Shown here one piece after another: positions 28,010 to 37,835 of a stretch of DNA of 64,000 nt (position 1 is its first letter; each line of letters begins with the position of its first letter). The notes beneath the pieces are model-generated. The model had not been told where the DNA came from, searched no databases, and saw nothing but the letters and a program-made list of their open reading frames with translations. Origin of the DNA: Chloroflexota bacterium (GTDB taxonomy: Bacteria; Chloroflexota; Limnocylindria; Limnocylindrales; CSP1-4); assembly GCA_032128175.1 (NCBI GenBank), contig JAQBHC010000062.1, positions 977-64,976 on the forward strand, given 5' to 3'. The position numbers were made by a program, and so were the translations under genes.

Positions 28010-29424
28010 CAGCGCTCGCCCGCTGGTTCATCCGGACGAGCACGGGGTTCGCGGATCCGTGCCGGCACCCCGACGGCCAGCTTGCCTGCCGGAACGGATC
28101 TGGTGACAACGGCACCCGCACCGGTCCGGGCGCCGTCGCCGATCTCAACGGGAGCTACGAGCATGGTGTCCACGCCCAGAAAGGCATCCCGACCGACGAC
28201 CGTACGATGTTTGGTCCGGCCGTCCCAGTTCGCGGTGATCGTTCCGGCCCCGACGTTCGTCCGGTCGCCGAGGTCGGCGTCGCCGAGATAGCTGACATGG
28301 TGCTGTTTCACGCCGGCACCGAGGCGCGTGTTCTTGAGTTCGGCGAAGTTCCCGACCTCGGCGCCGGGTCCCAGGTGCGACCCGGGCCGGAGGTGGCTGA
28401 ACGGCCCGATCGAGGCACCATCCTCCACCATGGAGCGCTCGACGACGCTGGCCCAGACACGGCAGTCGCGCCCGATCACGGAGTCGACCATCGTCGTATC
28501 CGGGCCGATCGTGCTCCCCTCCCCGATCGTGGTCACGCCGCGCAGGATGACGTTTGGTTCCAGGACCACGTCGGCGGCCAACTTGACGTCCCAGTCGAGG
28601 TACACCGTGGACGGATCCCGCATGGTGACTCCGGCGCGCATGTGGGCCTCGTTGATCCGGACGCGGATCGCCCACTCCGCCTGCGCGAGCTGGGCGCGAT
28701 CGTTGATCCCGTCGAAGGTGCCGTCGTCGTCGTACCCCACCGCGCTGACGATCCGCCCGTCCTCCCGGGCGAGGCGGACGAGCTCAGTCAGGTACAGTTC
28801 CCCGGTCGCCTCGGACGGCGTTACGGCATCGATCCGGCGGCGCAGCCAGGCTGCGTCAAAGGCGTAGCAGCCGGCGTTGATCTCGTTCGATTCGAGCTCG
28901 TCCGGGGAGGCATCACGTGCCTCGACGATGCGCTCGACAGTGCCGAACTCGCTCCGGACGACGCGTCCGAGGTCGCCCGGCGCTGCCGCGTAGACGCTGG
29001 CCAGGGCGATGGCCGCGTCATCCATGCGCCGCTGCTCGAGGACCGCCCGAAGCTGAGCTCCGATGACCAGCGGAACGTCACCGGACAGGACGAGGACCTC
29101 GGTCGTGTCGTCCGGCAGCGCCGCCAGCGCGGCCCGGACCGCATCGGCGGTCCCGCGTGGCACGTCCTGCAGCGCGAAGCTCGGGCTGCCCGGCAGTCCC
29201 GCCTCGAGGAGGCCGGCCGTGGCGGGCGAGTAGACGATGATCGGCGGCGCCACGGCCTCGTCGATGCCGACGTCCGTCCAGCCGTCCACGACGTAGGCGA
29301 GCATGGGGCGGCCGCACAAGAGATGGAGAACCTTCGGAATCCGCGAGTGCATCCGCGTCCCAAGGCCCGCGGCCAGAATGATGGCGGCGGTGCGCCCGGT
29401 CGACACAGGTGGTGGAAGCGTCAT
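28009..29424 (-). CDS. glmU: Bifunctional UDP-GlcNAc pyrophosphorylase / GlcN-1-P acetyltransferase GlmU
   Basis: AAIILAAGLGTRM plus C-terminal left-handed beta-helix hexapeptide repeats. I chose the internal Met start (MTLPPP). Confidence 0.9.
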   Translation of the reverse strand: MTLPPPVSTGRTAAIILAAGLGTRMHSRIPKVLHLLCGRPMLAYVVDGWTDVGIDEAVAPPIIVYSPATAGLLEAGLPGSPSFALQDVPRGTADAVRAALAALPDDTTEVLVLSGDVPLVIGAQLRAVLEQRRMDDAAIALASVYAAAPGDLGRVVRSEFGTVERIVEARDASPDELESNEINAGCYAFDAAWLRRRIDAVTPSEATGELYLTELVRLAREDGRIVSAVGYDDDGTFDGINDRAQLAQAEWAIRVRINEAHMRAGVTMRDPSTVYLDWDVKLAADVVLEPNVILRGVTTIGEGSTIGPDTTMVDSVIGRDCRVWASVVERSMVEDGASIGPFSHLRPGSHLGPGAEVGNFAELKNTRLGAGVKQHHVSYLGDADLGDRTNVGAGTITANWDGRTKHRTVVGRDAFLGVDTMLVAPVEIGDGARTGAGAVVTRSVPAGKLAVGVPARIREPRARPDEPAGER

Positions 29425-29486
29425 CAGAAGGTGCCGGTAGGGTATGGGCGGGTCACCGGCAGTGTCAATTGAGGTCGGACGCCAGA

Positions 29487-29870
29487 TCAACCATTGCGGC
29501 GCGCAATGGCGTCGATCTCGATCAGTCCGCCCTTGGGGAGACTGCCCACCGCGAACGTCGTTCGGGCCGGGGCCGGGTCGACCATGAACCTCGCGTAGAC
29601 CGCATTGATCGCGGCGAAGTCACCGATGTCGGCAAGGAAGATCGTCGTCTTGACCACGTCGCTGAAGGAGCATCCGGCGGCATCAAGCACGGCCTCGAGG
29701 TTGCGCAGGCATCGTTCCGCCTGGGCCTCGACGCCAATCGCCATCTCGCCGGTTGCCGGATCGAGCCCGAGCTGCCCGGCGCAGAAGACGAGATCGCCGC
29801 TGACGATCGCCTGGCTGTAGGGCCCGAGCGCGGCCGGCGCACCGGCTGTGCTGATCGCCATTCGACTCAC
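29487..29870 (-). CDS. ridA: RidA/YjgF-family enamine/imine deaminase
   Basis: GPYSQAIVSGDLVFCAGQ...TTIFLADIGDFAAINAVY matches the family. Confidence 0.85.
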   Translation of the reverse strand: MSRMAISTAGAPAALGPYSQAIVSGDLVFCAGQLGLDPATGEMAIGVEAQAERCLRNLEAVLDAAGCSFSDVVKTTIFLADIGDFAAINAVYARFMVDPAPARTTFAVGSLPKGGLIEIDAIARRNG

Positions 29871-30916
29871 GATCCTTCCTCCTCTGCTGATGGTGGGACT
29901 CGCGCCTCGCCGGCGGCTACGATCGCCGTCGCCACGATGGACGGTCGGCCCGCACCCGGTGCGACGATGGTCCCATCTCCGACACCGTTGCGAACCGCCT
30001 CGGCGGCCGCTGCGGCCTCGCTTTCAGAAGCATAGAGGACCCATAGCGTGGGCCCGGACCCGGACAGGCCGACCGGACGCCCGAGACAGCGAACGAGCCC
30101 ACGGCGGAGGGTGCGCAGACCGGGAACCACGATGTCCGCCGCGCCCGCAAGGTCGTTCGCGCTGGCCAGCACCCCGGATCGAACGAGTAGGGCATGAGTC
30201 TGGAGGCCGGCCCGCCACTCGCCGGCAAGGTGGTTGGACGCGGCGCGTGTGCTACCGGGATCGGATGGAGCGGCAGACGGATCTTCATCCAGGGTCGAGA
30301 AGACCAGCGGCGTGGACGCGCCGAGGTCCGGGGTGACCAGGAGGACACCCGGCCGGCCTCCACGCAGCGCCGGCAGCGGATCCACGATGTCGCCTCGGCC
30401 CGAGAGGACGGCCGCGCCGCCGGCGAGGAAGAACGGAACATCAGAGCCGAGGCCGATCGCGACGCGCCCCCGGAGGGTTGCCAGCTCGTCAGTGCCGAGG
30501 GCCGCCTCCGCGCCCCACACGTCGAGTGCGGCATCCAATGCGGCGGCCGCATCGCTGCTTCCGCCGCCGAGGCCCGCGCCAACGGGGATCTGCTTGTCCA
30601 GGCGGGCCGCCAGCGGCACGGAATTGACCGCCCCACGGAGCGCGGTGCGCGCCGCCGCGAAGGCGCGCAGAACGAGATTGCTCGCGAGCGATCCGGCGTC
30701 GTGGCCGGACACGCTCAGGGAGTCCTGGGGGCCGTGGGCTGGCGCCACACTGAGCCGATCTGCCAGGGCCAGCGGCACCACAACGGAGTGAAGGTCGTGG
30801 TAGCCGTCGCTCCGCCGCCCGAGGACGGCCAGGGTCAGGTTCAGCTTCGCCGGTGGCAGGCGAATGACTGGCGACAGTCGCCGATCGGCCGGGGACGAGT
30901 CAGCCACCCTGAGCAT
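29867..30916 (-). CDS. ispE: 4-diphosphocytidyl-2-C-methyl-D-erythritol kinase IspE (with ~50-aa C-terminal extension)
   Basis: PAKLNLTLAVLGRRSDGYH, KQIPVGAGLGGGSSDAAAAL and SGSGPT are the GHMP-kinase motifs. Confidence 0.85.
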   Translation of the reverse strand: MLRVADSSPADRRLSPVIRLPPAKLNLTLAVLGRRSDGYHDLHSVVVPLALADRLSVAPAHGPQDSLSVSGHDAGSLASNLVLRAFAAARTALRGAVNSVPLAARLDKQIPVGAGLGGGSSDAAAALDAALDVWGAEAALGTDELATLRGRVAIGLGSDVPFFLAGGAAVLSGRGDIVDPLPALRGGRPGVLLVTPDLGASTPLVFSTLDEDPSAAPSDPGSTRAASNHLAGEWRAGLQTHALLVRSGVLASANDLAGAADIVVPGLRTLRRGLVRCLGRPVGLSGSGPTLWVLYASESEAAAAAEAVRNGVGDGTIVAPGAGRPSIVATAIVAAGEARVPPSAEEEGS

Positions 30917-31850
30917 CCAGGGCCGCGCGAAGCGCCATCCAGTCCTCCACCGAGAGCGTCTGCGGTCGGCGGTCGCCGGTGATCCCGGCCAGCGCGAGCG
31001 CGGCATCGACCCCCTGCTGGCCGACGGAGAGCTGGCGACCCAGGACGTTGCGGACCATCTTTCGTCGCTCCCGGAACCCCGCCTGAACCAGGGCCCAGAG
31101 CGGATCCTCCTCCGATTCGCCGGCGGGCGGGCTGCCTGCCGGGGTCTCGGCGCTTAGATTGGCTCCATCGCCCGGCCCGGGATGGCGAGGCTCGATCACG
31201 ACCACCGCGGACGTCACGCTGGGGGCCGGTTCGAAGGCATCGCCTGCAACGCGGCGGGCAATCCTGACAGTCGCGTGGTACTGCACGAACACCGACAGGT
31301 AGCTCATGCGGCCGGGCGGCGCGGCGAGTCGCTCGGCGACCTCCCACTGAACCATCAGGACCATTCGTGTCGGGCGCGGCGTCGCCCCCAGGAGACGATG
31401 CAGGATCGGGCTCGTGATGTGATACGGGAGGTTGGCCACGACGGAATACGGGGATGTCACGAGCGTCGGGAGATCCTGATCGAGCGCGTCCCCTTCGACC
31501 AGCGTCAGGGCCCCCGGCGCTGCGGGATCCCGCGCTGCCACGTCCACCGCGGCGCTCATCCGCTTGCGCAGCAATGCTGCCAGGCGCCAATCAAGCTCGA
31601 CGGCGGTCACTGCGGCGCCGGCGCCGAGGAGCGCCTCGGTCAGGATGCCCAGGCCGGGACCGATCTCGAGAATGCGATCGGCGGACTTCGGCGCCGCTTC
31701 GGCGAGGATCGCCTCGAGCACGTCCGGGTCGGCCAGGAAGTTCTGCGACAGGGAGTGGCGGGCCCGGAGGCCCTCATCGCGCAAGAGCCGCCGCACGGCG
31801 AGCGGGTCCAGCCGAATTGGCTGGCGAGCACGTTCCTCGCCGGAGCTCAT
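30900..31850 (-). CDS. rsmA: 16S rRNA (adenine1518/1519-N6)-dimethyltransferase RsmA/KsgA
   Basis: SLSQNFLADPDVL and ILEIGPGLGILTEAL are the KsgA motifs. I chose the internal Met (MSSGEE), which overlaps the tsaD stop codon. Confidence 0.85.
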   Translation of the reverse strand: MSSGEERARQPIRLDPLAVRRLLRDEGLRARHSLSQNFLADPDVLEAILAEAAPKSADRILEIGPGLGILTEALLGAGAAVTAVELDWRLAALLRKRMSAAVDVAARDPAAPGALTLVEGDALDQDLPTLVTSPYSVVANLPYHITSPILHRLLGATPRPTRMVLMVQWEVAERLAAPPGRMSYLSVFVQYHATVRIARRVAGDAFEPAPSVTSAVVVIEPRHPGPGDGANLSAETPAGSPPAGESEEDPLWALVQAGFRERRKMVRNVLGRQLSVGQQGVDAALALAGITGDRRPQTLSVEDWMALRAALDAQGG

Positions 31851-32908
31851 CGGACCGCCAGCGGCAATGAGGGTCGCGCGTCGAGATCCAGCCCTGCCCG
31901 CTCCCCGGCCGCGTGCCGACGTGCCCCCGCCGCGCCGATCATGGCCCCGTTGTCCGTGCACAGGCCCGGACGCGGAATGATCACCGGGATCCCGAGCGAC
32001 ACGGCGTGCGCGAGGAGGCGGCTTCGGAGTATCCCGTTCGCAGCGACGCCGCCGCCCAGGACGATGGAACGAGCACCGATCTCGCGTGCAGCCCGAATCG
32101 TCTTGGTCACGAGCACGTCGGTGACGGAGTCCTGGAAGCCCCAGGCCAACTCAGCAACCCGCGCCTCCGAGAGTCGGGCGCTAGGTTCATCCTCGATGCC
32201 CTCGTCCGCCCGGGCCGCGTCGACGATGCGCCGTGCGGCCGTCTTGAGCCCCGAGAAGCTGAAGTCCAGACTGTCGCCGAGCCACGCCCGCGGAAAGACC
32301 GCGTCGTGACGCCGGGCTGCCTCTGCCGCTCGCTGGATGGCCGGGCCGCCGGGATACCCGAGGCCCATCAGTCGCCCGACCTTGTCGAACGCCTCCCCGG
32401 CCGCGTCGTCGACGGTCTGGCCCAGCAAGCGATATTCGAGGTGGTCGCGCATCTCCACGAGGAAGGTGTGGCCGCCCGATACGACGAGCGCGACCAGCGG
32501 AAAGACTGGCTCCTCCGCCTCCAGTCCCGGATCCAGCAGCCACCCCGCGTACACGTGACCCTCGAGGTGGTTGACGCCGACGAGCGGCCGATCGTGGACC
32601 CAGGCGAGCGTCTTGGCGACGTTGATCCCGACGAGCAGCGACCCCGCCAGGCCCGGCCCATAGGTCACCGCGACGGCATCCACGTCGCCGACCGTGACCC
32701 CAGCCGTGGCGAGGGCTTCGTCGAGCACCGGGAGGACCCAGCGAAGGTGGGCCCGGGCCGCCACCTCAGGCACGATGCCCCCGGTAGCCGCGTGCATGGC
32801 AACCTGACTGGCGACGACATTGGCGTGGATCCGGCGACCCCCCTCGACGAGAGCGATGCCGGTCTCATCGCATGACGATTCGATCGCCAGGATCAGGGGT
32901 CCGCTCAT
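31847..32908 (-). CDS. tsaD: tRNA N6-adenosine threonylcarbamoyltransferase TsaD
   Basis: LILAIESSCDETGIALV and the Kae1/TsaD family signature. Confidence 0.9.
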   Translation of the reverse strand: MSGPLILAIESSCDETGIALVEGGRRIHANVVASQVAMHAATGGIVPEVAARAHLRWVLPVLDEALATAGVTVGDVDAVAVTYGPGLAGSLLVGINVAKTLAWVHDRPLVGVNHLEGHVYAGWLLDPGLEAEEPVFPLVALVVSGGHTFLVEMRDHLEYRLLGQTVDDAAGEAFDKVGRLMGLGYPGGPAIQRAAEAARRHDAVFPRAWLGDSLDFSFSGLKTAARRIVDAARADEGIEDEPSARLSEARVAELAWGFQDSVTDVLVTKTIRAAREIGARSIVLGGGVAANGILRSRLLAHAVSLGIPVIIPRPGLCTDNGAMIGAAGARRHAAGERAGLDLDARPSLPLAVR

Positions 32909-33489
32909 GATCCCGGGACGCCTGCGGCGTCAGGAAGCACGACCGTGGCCATGGGTCCGGACGGCGCTGGCGCCGACTCCAGCTCGGCCCGTCGGCGATC
33001 GAAGAGCGTCCGCATGGCCGGATCCTGAAACGGCAGCGTGGTCATGATCAGGGCGTCTTCGCCATTGTCGGAGTAGTAGCGCGGCCGAACGCCCATTGGC
33101 CGGAAGCCATACCGTCCATAGAGGCGTCGCGCTGCTGTATTGGACAGGCGGACCTCGAGCGTGGCTTCCCGGGCATGCAGCGCGATGGCGAGATCGATAA
33201 GGGCGACCAGCAACGTCTCCCCGATCCGCTGGCGGCGCCACGCCGGATCCACGGCGAACGTCGTGATGTGTGCCTCGTCGACCATCATCCAGATCCCGCC
33301 ATAGGCGACCACCTCGACTCCGATGTGCGCGACGAGGTACGAGGCGAGGCGGTTTCCCGTCAACTCGCTGCGATAGGCGTCCTCAGGCCAGGGCGCGCTG
33401 AAGCTGGCACGCTCGATCCGCTGGACGGCCGACAGGTCGTCGATCGTCATGGACTCGACGCGGACGATCACCGGGCGTCGGTCGACCAT
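32905..33489 (-). CDS. rimI: Ribosomal-protein-alanine N-acetyltransferase RimI
   Basis: A GNAT fold, lying between tsaB and tsaD as in conserved operons. Confidence 0.75.
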   Translation of the reverse strand: MVDRRPVIVRVESMTIDDLSAVQRIERASFSAPWPEDAYRSELTGNRLASYLVAHIGVEVVAYGGIWMMVDEAHITTFAVDPAWRRQRIGETLLVALIDLAIALHAREATLEVRLSNTAARRLYGRYGFRPMGVRPRYYSDNGEDALIMTTLPFQDPAMRTLFDRRRAELESAPAPSGPMATVVLPDAAGVPGS

Positions 33490-34172
33490 TCGATCGCTCC
33501 GGTTGTGGCACGGATGCCCCGGGGGAGGGTCACATATTCGGGCACGAGCTCCGCCGCGGGGTCTCCCGGGCCAGCGTGCAGCCGATCAGCACCGAGCCGC
33601 ATAAGCGCTGCGCCCAGACCGCTCCGGGCGGCCTCGCCCAGCGCGACCGCGTTGGCGGGCGCGCGACCCTCCAGATCCACGGCGACCAGGGTCGCGGCGC
33701 TTGCCAGGGGCGGCTCGATGCCACCGGCCAGCAGCTCGGGAACGGCTCCAGATCGAACGAGGACCCGATCGTGCGGACCGGCCGGCAGGAGCAGGGCCAA
33801 CTCCCCCACATCCGGGAGCGCAGCCAGGTCTCGTGCTGCGAGCAGCAGCGCTTCGCCCGTGCTCACTCCGGCAATCGGAATCCCGAGGGCGTGAGCGATC
33901 GTCTTGGCCGTCGCGAGGCCGACCCGCAGTCCCGTGAAGGCGCCTGGGCCCGTCCCGACGACAATGCCGGCGAGGTCCGATCGCTGGAGTCCCGTCGTCG
34001 CGAGAAGCTCCTCGACTCCCGCCAGCAACAGCTCGCCGTGGCGATACCCGGCCGGCCATTCCAGTGCCTGGATCTGCCTCCCGTCCGGTGCCCCGGCCAC
34101 GACCACAATGCGGGACGTGCCGGTATCGATCCCGAGCAGCCACGGCGTCGGGTGCCGGCTCGGTGCTGTCAT
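33468..34172 (-). CDS. tsaB: t6A biosynthesis protein TsaB
   Basis: LLGIDTGTSRIVVV is the ASKHA fold of a YeaZ-like protein. Confidence 0.8.
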   Translation of the reverse strand: MTAPSRHPTPWLLGIDTGTSRIVVVAGAPDGRQIQALEWPAGYRHGELLLAGVEELLATTGLQRSDLAGIVVGTGPGAFTGLRVGLATAKTIAHALGIPIAGVSTGEALLLAARDLAALPDVGELALLLPAGPHDRVLVRSGAVPELLAGGIEPPLASAATLVAVDLEGRAPANAVALGEAARSGLGAALMRLGADRLHAGPGDPAAELVPEYVTLPRGIRATTGAIEWSTDAR

Positions 34173-34705
34173 CGGGTCGGCTCTCCGCGGCTCGGGGCGG
34201 ACGTTTCGCGATCATCTACCCCGTCGCGGACCGCGGCGACATAGCGAGCCAGCCGTGGGCCAAGCGCGGACACCGTGATCTGGCGCGGATCATCCCCGGA
34301 CCCATCGATCCGGACGTCCAGACGCTCCGCCGGAAGGGCAGGCCCGAGTCGGTCCGGCCACTCGACCAGCGTCACCCCAGCCGACTGTCGGTCGTCGAGG
34401 AGGCCGCCGCCGAGGGCGTCCGCGGCGTCCGCCAGGCGATACAGATCGAGGTGAAAAAGTGGCAGCCGCCCGTCGTATTCGGCCATGAGGACGAAGGTCG
34501 GGGAGTTGATCGTGGAGGTGACGCCGAGGCCCGCGCCGAACCCCTTGGCCATCACCGTCTTGCCGGCGCCCAGCTCTCCCCACAGGCAGATGAGATCGCC
34601 GGCGCACGCAACCGTCGCAAGCTCGGCGGCAAGCGCGCGCGTCGCGAGCGGCGAGCTCGCCGTGACGCGCACGGTCAGCTCGTCGAGCGACACGGGGTCC
34701 AACAT
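34169..34705 (-). CDS. tsaE: t6A biosynthesis ATPase TsaE
   Basis: WGELGAGKT (P-loop) and SPTFVLMAEY...HLDLYRL. Confidence 0.85.
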   Translation of the reverse strand: MLDPVSLDELTVRVTASSPLATRALAAELATVACAGDLICLWGELGAGKTVMAKGFGAGLGVTSTINSPTFVLMAEYDGRLPLFHLDLYRLADAADALGGGLLDDRQSAGVTLVEWPDRLGPALPAERLDVRIDGSGDDPRQITVSALGPRLARYVAAVRDGVDDRETSAPSRGEPTR

Positions 34706-34805
34706 GAGCCGAGCGTAGCGGAACGATGCTCGAGCTGCCCGAGGGACTCCGGCCCGATCCTCCGGCTCATGCGCCCGGGGGCCCCTCTCCCTGGGGATTG
34801 CGATG

Positions 34806-35843
34806 TCAGGCGAAGCGCTCCAGGTCGCCGAGCGGCACGGCCACCGGCGCTCGTCCGCCGAAGCGGACCCAACCGGATTCGAGGATCACGCTGCCGGTGA
34901 ACCGATGGGGACCAGCGAGGCCGGCCCAGCGCCCTTCCAGGCCCGCCAGCGGTCCCGCGGTCACGCGAACCACCCCGGCCGAGAGCACAGGCAGCTCAAC
35001 GTCGGGCTCATCGAACACCAGGCAGGCAGGCTCAGGGATAACGGCCACCGTGCGTCCCTCGAGGGCCTCGAGAGCGGCCATGATCGGGGTCGCGATCGGC
35101 CGGCTCAACGCCCCCTCCAGGACCAGGATCGCGAAGGGCGGCGCGCCATGGGCACCGGCCAGCGCCCGCTGCTCCGAGGCCATCAGCTCTCGTCGCTCCT
35201 TGACCCCGAGGCCCGCCACGACGATCCCCCGGACACCGACCGCCCGGGCGCGGGTCAGGGATTCGGCATCGACGTGGGAGCCAACGACGAGGATGGCGCC
35301 GGCACCCGCGACGTCGATTTCGGACGTGCGCACGTGGCCGTCGCGAGCCGTGAGGATCTCAAGTCGTCCGCTGCTCGGGCCCCCGATCACGTCGACCCCG
35401 AGTAGTCCGCGAACCAATGTCGATGCGAGCGTCAGCGCGACCCCAGGCTGCACATCGCGAACGATCCCGGCAAACGGAGCCTCGAGCGGCTCGGCGGGAT
35501 CACCAGCGGCGATGCGCCAGCGTCCCCCGCTCCGGAAGAGCAGCGCGCCCTGCCCGGCGCGCTTGCCGCGACGCCGACCTCCAAGCGATCCGGACCACCA
35601 CGCTCCCGGCTCCGCCCCGGCTCCGGCACCGGCGCCGGGGATCACCTCGGTGCGGAGGTCGCGCATCCGCTCCACGAGCGGGGCGCCCCGAACGACCGTC
35701 TCACCGGGCGTGACGAGCTCGCGCTCGCCAGGCCGCAGATCGAATCGCGCCTCGATGCCGTGCGCGGTCACCTGGCGCAACCGGACCAGCTCGATCCCGC
35801 GTTCCACGTCCGCGTCCGTCATCGGTCCTCCAGCGGCCGTCAT
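34806..35843 (-). CDS. Hypothetical protein (unknown function) translationally coupled to the upstream ASKHA-like gene
   Basis: A protein-like composition and a Rossmann-like GAGAILVVGSHVDAES...GVRGIVVAGLGV stretch. Starting at the internal Met gives an ATGA overlap with the upstream gene. I recognise no family. Confidence 0.5.
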   Translation of the reverse strand: MTAAGGPMTDADVERGIELVRLRQVTAHGIEARFDLRPGERELVTPGETVVRGAPLVERMRDLRTEVIPGAGAGAGAEPGAWWSGSLGGRRRGKRAGQGALLFRSGGRWRIAAGDPAEPLEAPFAGIVRDVQPGVALTLASTLVRGLLGVDVIGGPSSGRLEILTARDGHVRTSEIDVAGAGAILVVGSHVDAESLTRARAVGVRGIVVAGLGVKERRELMASEQRALAGAHGAPPFAILVLEGALSRPIATPIMAALEALEGRTVAVIPEPACLVFDEPDVELPVLSAGVVRVTAGPLAGLEGRWAGLAGPHRFTGSVILESGWVRFGGRAPVAVPLGDLERFA

Positions 35844-37483
35844 CGATCGTCCCGCGGCCATGCCAGGGCGCTCCATTCGGCGAGGCGTGAACGGCGGAGG
35901 TCACGGCGCTCCGGGAGCCGCAACGGAACATCTCGAAGATCCAGGATCAAGCCTGCCAGCCCGCCGCTGACGGGAACGGAGATGCGGCGCGTTCGCTTGC
36001 CGAAGCGCACAACCTGCGAGAACTCGAGCTGCGCCTCGGCAACCTGCCCGGGCGGCAGGTCGATGAAGGCCAGCTCGCCGGCTGCAAGATCCCGGCGAGT
36101 ATTCGTTCCGCTCACCTCGAGATCCAGGCGAGCGCCCGTTCCCGATCCACGCCGGCCCGGCGCCCGGCTGGCTCCGACGCCGCCCGCAACGACCACGGTG
36201 CCGAGCGGCACGATGGCATCGCGCAGCACATCGGCAAGCAGCGTTCGCCGCTCCCCCGGGTCCTCGATCGTCCCAATCGGCCCGAGCAGGCGTGCGTGGT
36301 CCCAGGCAAGCTGGCTCACGCCGGCCCGACGGATGGTGTCGGCGATTGCCAGGCTGATGGCCGAAGCTGGTGCGGTCGCGAAGGCGCCTCCGGCGACCAC
36401 GGTCAAGTCGGCCGCCGGTCGGTCTGCCAGTTCCGGTGTGAGCGCCTCGATCCTGGCCAGGGCGGCACTGGCTGCCGCCAGACGCAGCCGAGCGCCGTCG
36501 CCAGCTGCGTCTACCCATGGTCGCGAACGGAGCTCTCGCAGGCGATCGCCCATGCGGTGCCGATCGAGACTGCCCGTCGTCCAGGCGAGCACGGCATCCA
36601 CGGACTCGTCGTCCGGCTCCGGGAATACGAGGGCGCCCTGGGCCGTCACGATCCCTGCGGCGACGGGCGCCATACCCCCGGCGCCCGGGTCAGCCATGAA
36701 TCGGGCGCCGCCATCGAAGCCGATCTCCAGCAGCTCGACCCTGCGATCCAGGAGGTCGGCCAGCGTCTCGACCGACCGGCGCACGGCCCAGCGACCGTCC
36801 GCTGGGTCGGAGATTCGATCGTCGAGGACCCTCCGAAGGGTATCAGTGGTGCTGCGCCGCCCCGACGCGGATGGGACCTGCGTGATCCGCTCGGGGTCGC
36901 CCGGCAGTTCCTCCCCGATCGCCTCGAGCCATGACGAGCGCGTGCGGATCGGGCCACCCAGGAACAGGCGCAGTTCGGGGCGCCGTCGCGCAATGGCCCC
37001 GGCCAGGGCCGCCAGGTCGTCCAGTGCCGCTCGTTCGTCGGGTCCCGGCGGATCGCCAAACCCGATGAGGATGGCTCCAACCTCACGCCCGAGGGCGAGC
37101 TCGGTCATCTCCCGTGGGTCGTGGGTCTCCGTCGAGGCAGAAGCCACGCGCCAAGCCGTCCGATGCGCCTCGGCGGTCATGTACGCAACGGTCCGACGGG
37201 AGGCGCCGAGAACGAGAAGCGTGCTCGGCGGCCGGCTCCGAGCGGATAGACGCGGCATATCGTCCAAAGCGCCATCCGCGAGCTCCGAGGACGCAGCTCC
37301 AGCCGCGTCGAGGTCCCGTCCCCGGGCCGCGAGCACGGCGAGCAACGAGGATTCGGAGGTGCCGGCCGGTCCGGCCAGCGTGCCCAGCAATCGCCATCGG
37401 TTCTCGACCCGCGCGAGCAGGCTGACCGAGATGGTCGCACCACCTGAATCGACGATCGCGAGAGTCTTCGGCGCCCGGCTCAC
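35840..37483 (-). CDS. Hypothetical ASKHA-superfamily-like ATPase (sugar-kinase/Hsp70/actin fold; MutL/EutA/hydantoinase-like), unassigned
   Basis: The N-terminal LAIVDSGGATISVSLL is a phosphate-1-like motif and the later VVAGGAFATAPASAISLAIAD is an adenosine GG-motif. The opposite-strand ORF 35760..37496 is Arg/Ser-rich junk. Confidence 0.5.
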   Translation of the reverse strand: MSRAPKTLAIVDSGGATISVSLLARVENRWRLLGTLAGPAGTSESSLLAVLAARGRDLDAAGAASSELADGALDDMPRLSARSRPPSTLLVLGASRRTVAYMTAEAHRTAWRVASASTETHDPREMTELALGREVGAILIGFGDPPGPDERAALDDLAALAGAIARRRPELRLFLGGPIRTRSSWLEAIGEELPGDPERITQVPSASGRRSTTDTLRRVLDDRISDPADGRWAVRRSVETLADLLDRRVELLEIGFDGGARFMADPGAGGMAPVAAGIVTAQGALVFPEPDDESVDAVLAWTTGSLDRHRMGDRLRELRSRPWVDAAGDGARLRLAAASAALARIEALTPELADRPAADLTVVAGGAFATAPASAISLAIADTIRRAGVSQLAWDHARLLGPIGTIEDPGERRTLLADVLRDAIVPLGTVVVAGGVGASRAPGRRGSGTGARLDLEVSGTNTRRDLAAGELAFIDLPPGQVAEAQLEFSQVVRFGKRTRRISVPVSGGLAGLILDLRDVPLRLPERRDLRRSRLAEWSALAWPRDDR

Positions 37484-37538
37484 TCGGCCATGCTAGCGGG
37501 GCGGGGCCATCCGGGTCGGTCACGCGAGGCGCCGAAGG

Positions 37539-37835
37539 TCAGGCGTCCCAGGTGATCTCTTCGTCGAGTTCCTCGAGCCGCTCGATCAGCTGCTCGATCC
37601 CGTCCTCGTCCGCGAGGATCGCACTCGCGCCGGACATGTCGCCGCCGAACAGGCTTCGAAGCACCGGGTCGAAGAAGAGCATGGCGTTCGCCCCGAGCGG
37701 GCGGTAGGGCCGGCTGGCGTGCAGGAAATGGACAGCCGAGCTCGTCAGGCCGCGGAGCTGGATCTCCCGGGCGACCTCTTCCACGAGCTCGTCGCGCTGA
37801 TCATCCGGGAGCTCTCCGGCCATGGTGATGCTCAT
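37539..37835 (-). CDS. Small acidic hypothetical protein (98 aa)
   Basis: An in-frame ORF with plausible composition. Its ATGA overlap with the macro-domain gene implies co-translation. Confidence 0.5.
   Translation of the reverse strand: MSITMAGELPDDQRDELVEEVAREIQLRGLTSSAVHFLHASRPYRPLGANAMLFFDPVLRSLFGGDMSGASAILADEDGIEQLIERLEELDEEITWDA

Noticed and set aside
28207-29472. 421-aa + strand ORF
   Set aside because: It is antisense to glmU and has low-complexity Arg/Asp/Gly composition.
35760-37496. 578-aa + strand ORF (and 34726..35970 +)
   Set aside because: It is Arg/Ser-rich junk. The minus-strand ORFs have protein-like composition and ASKHA-like motifs.
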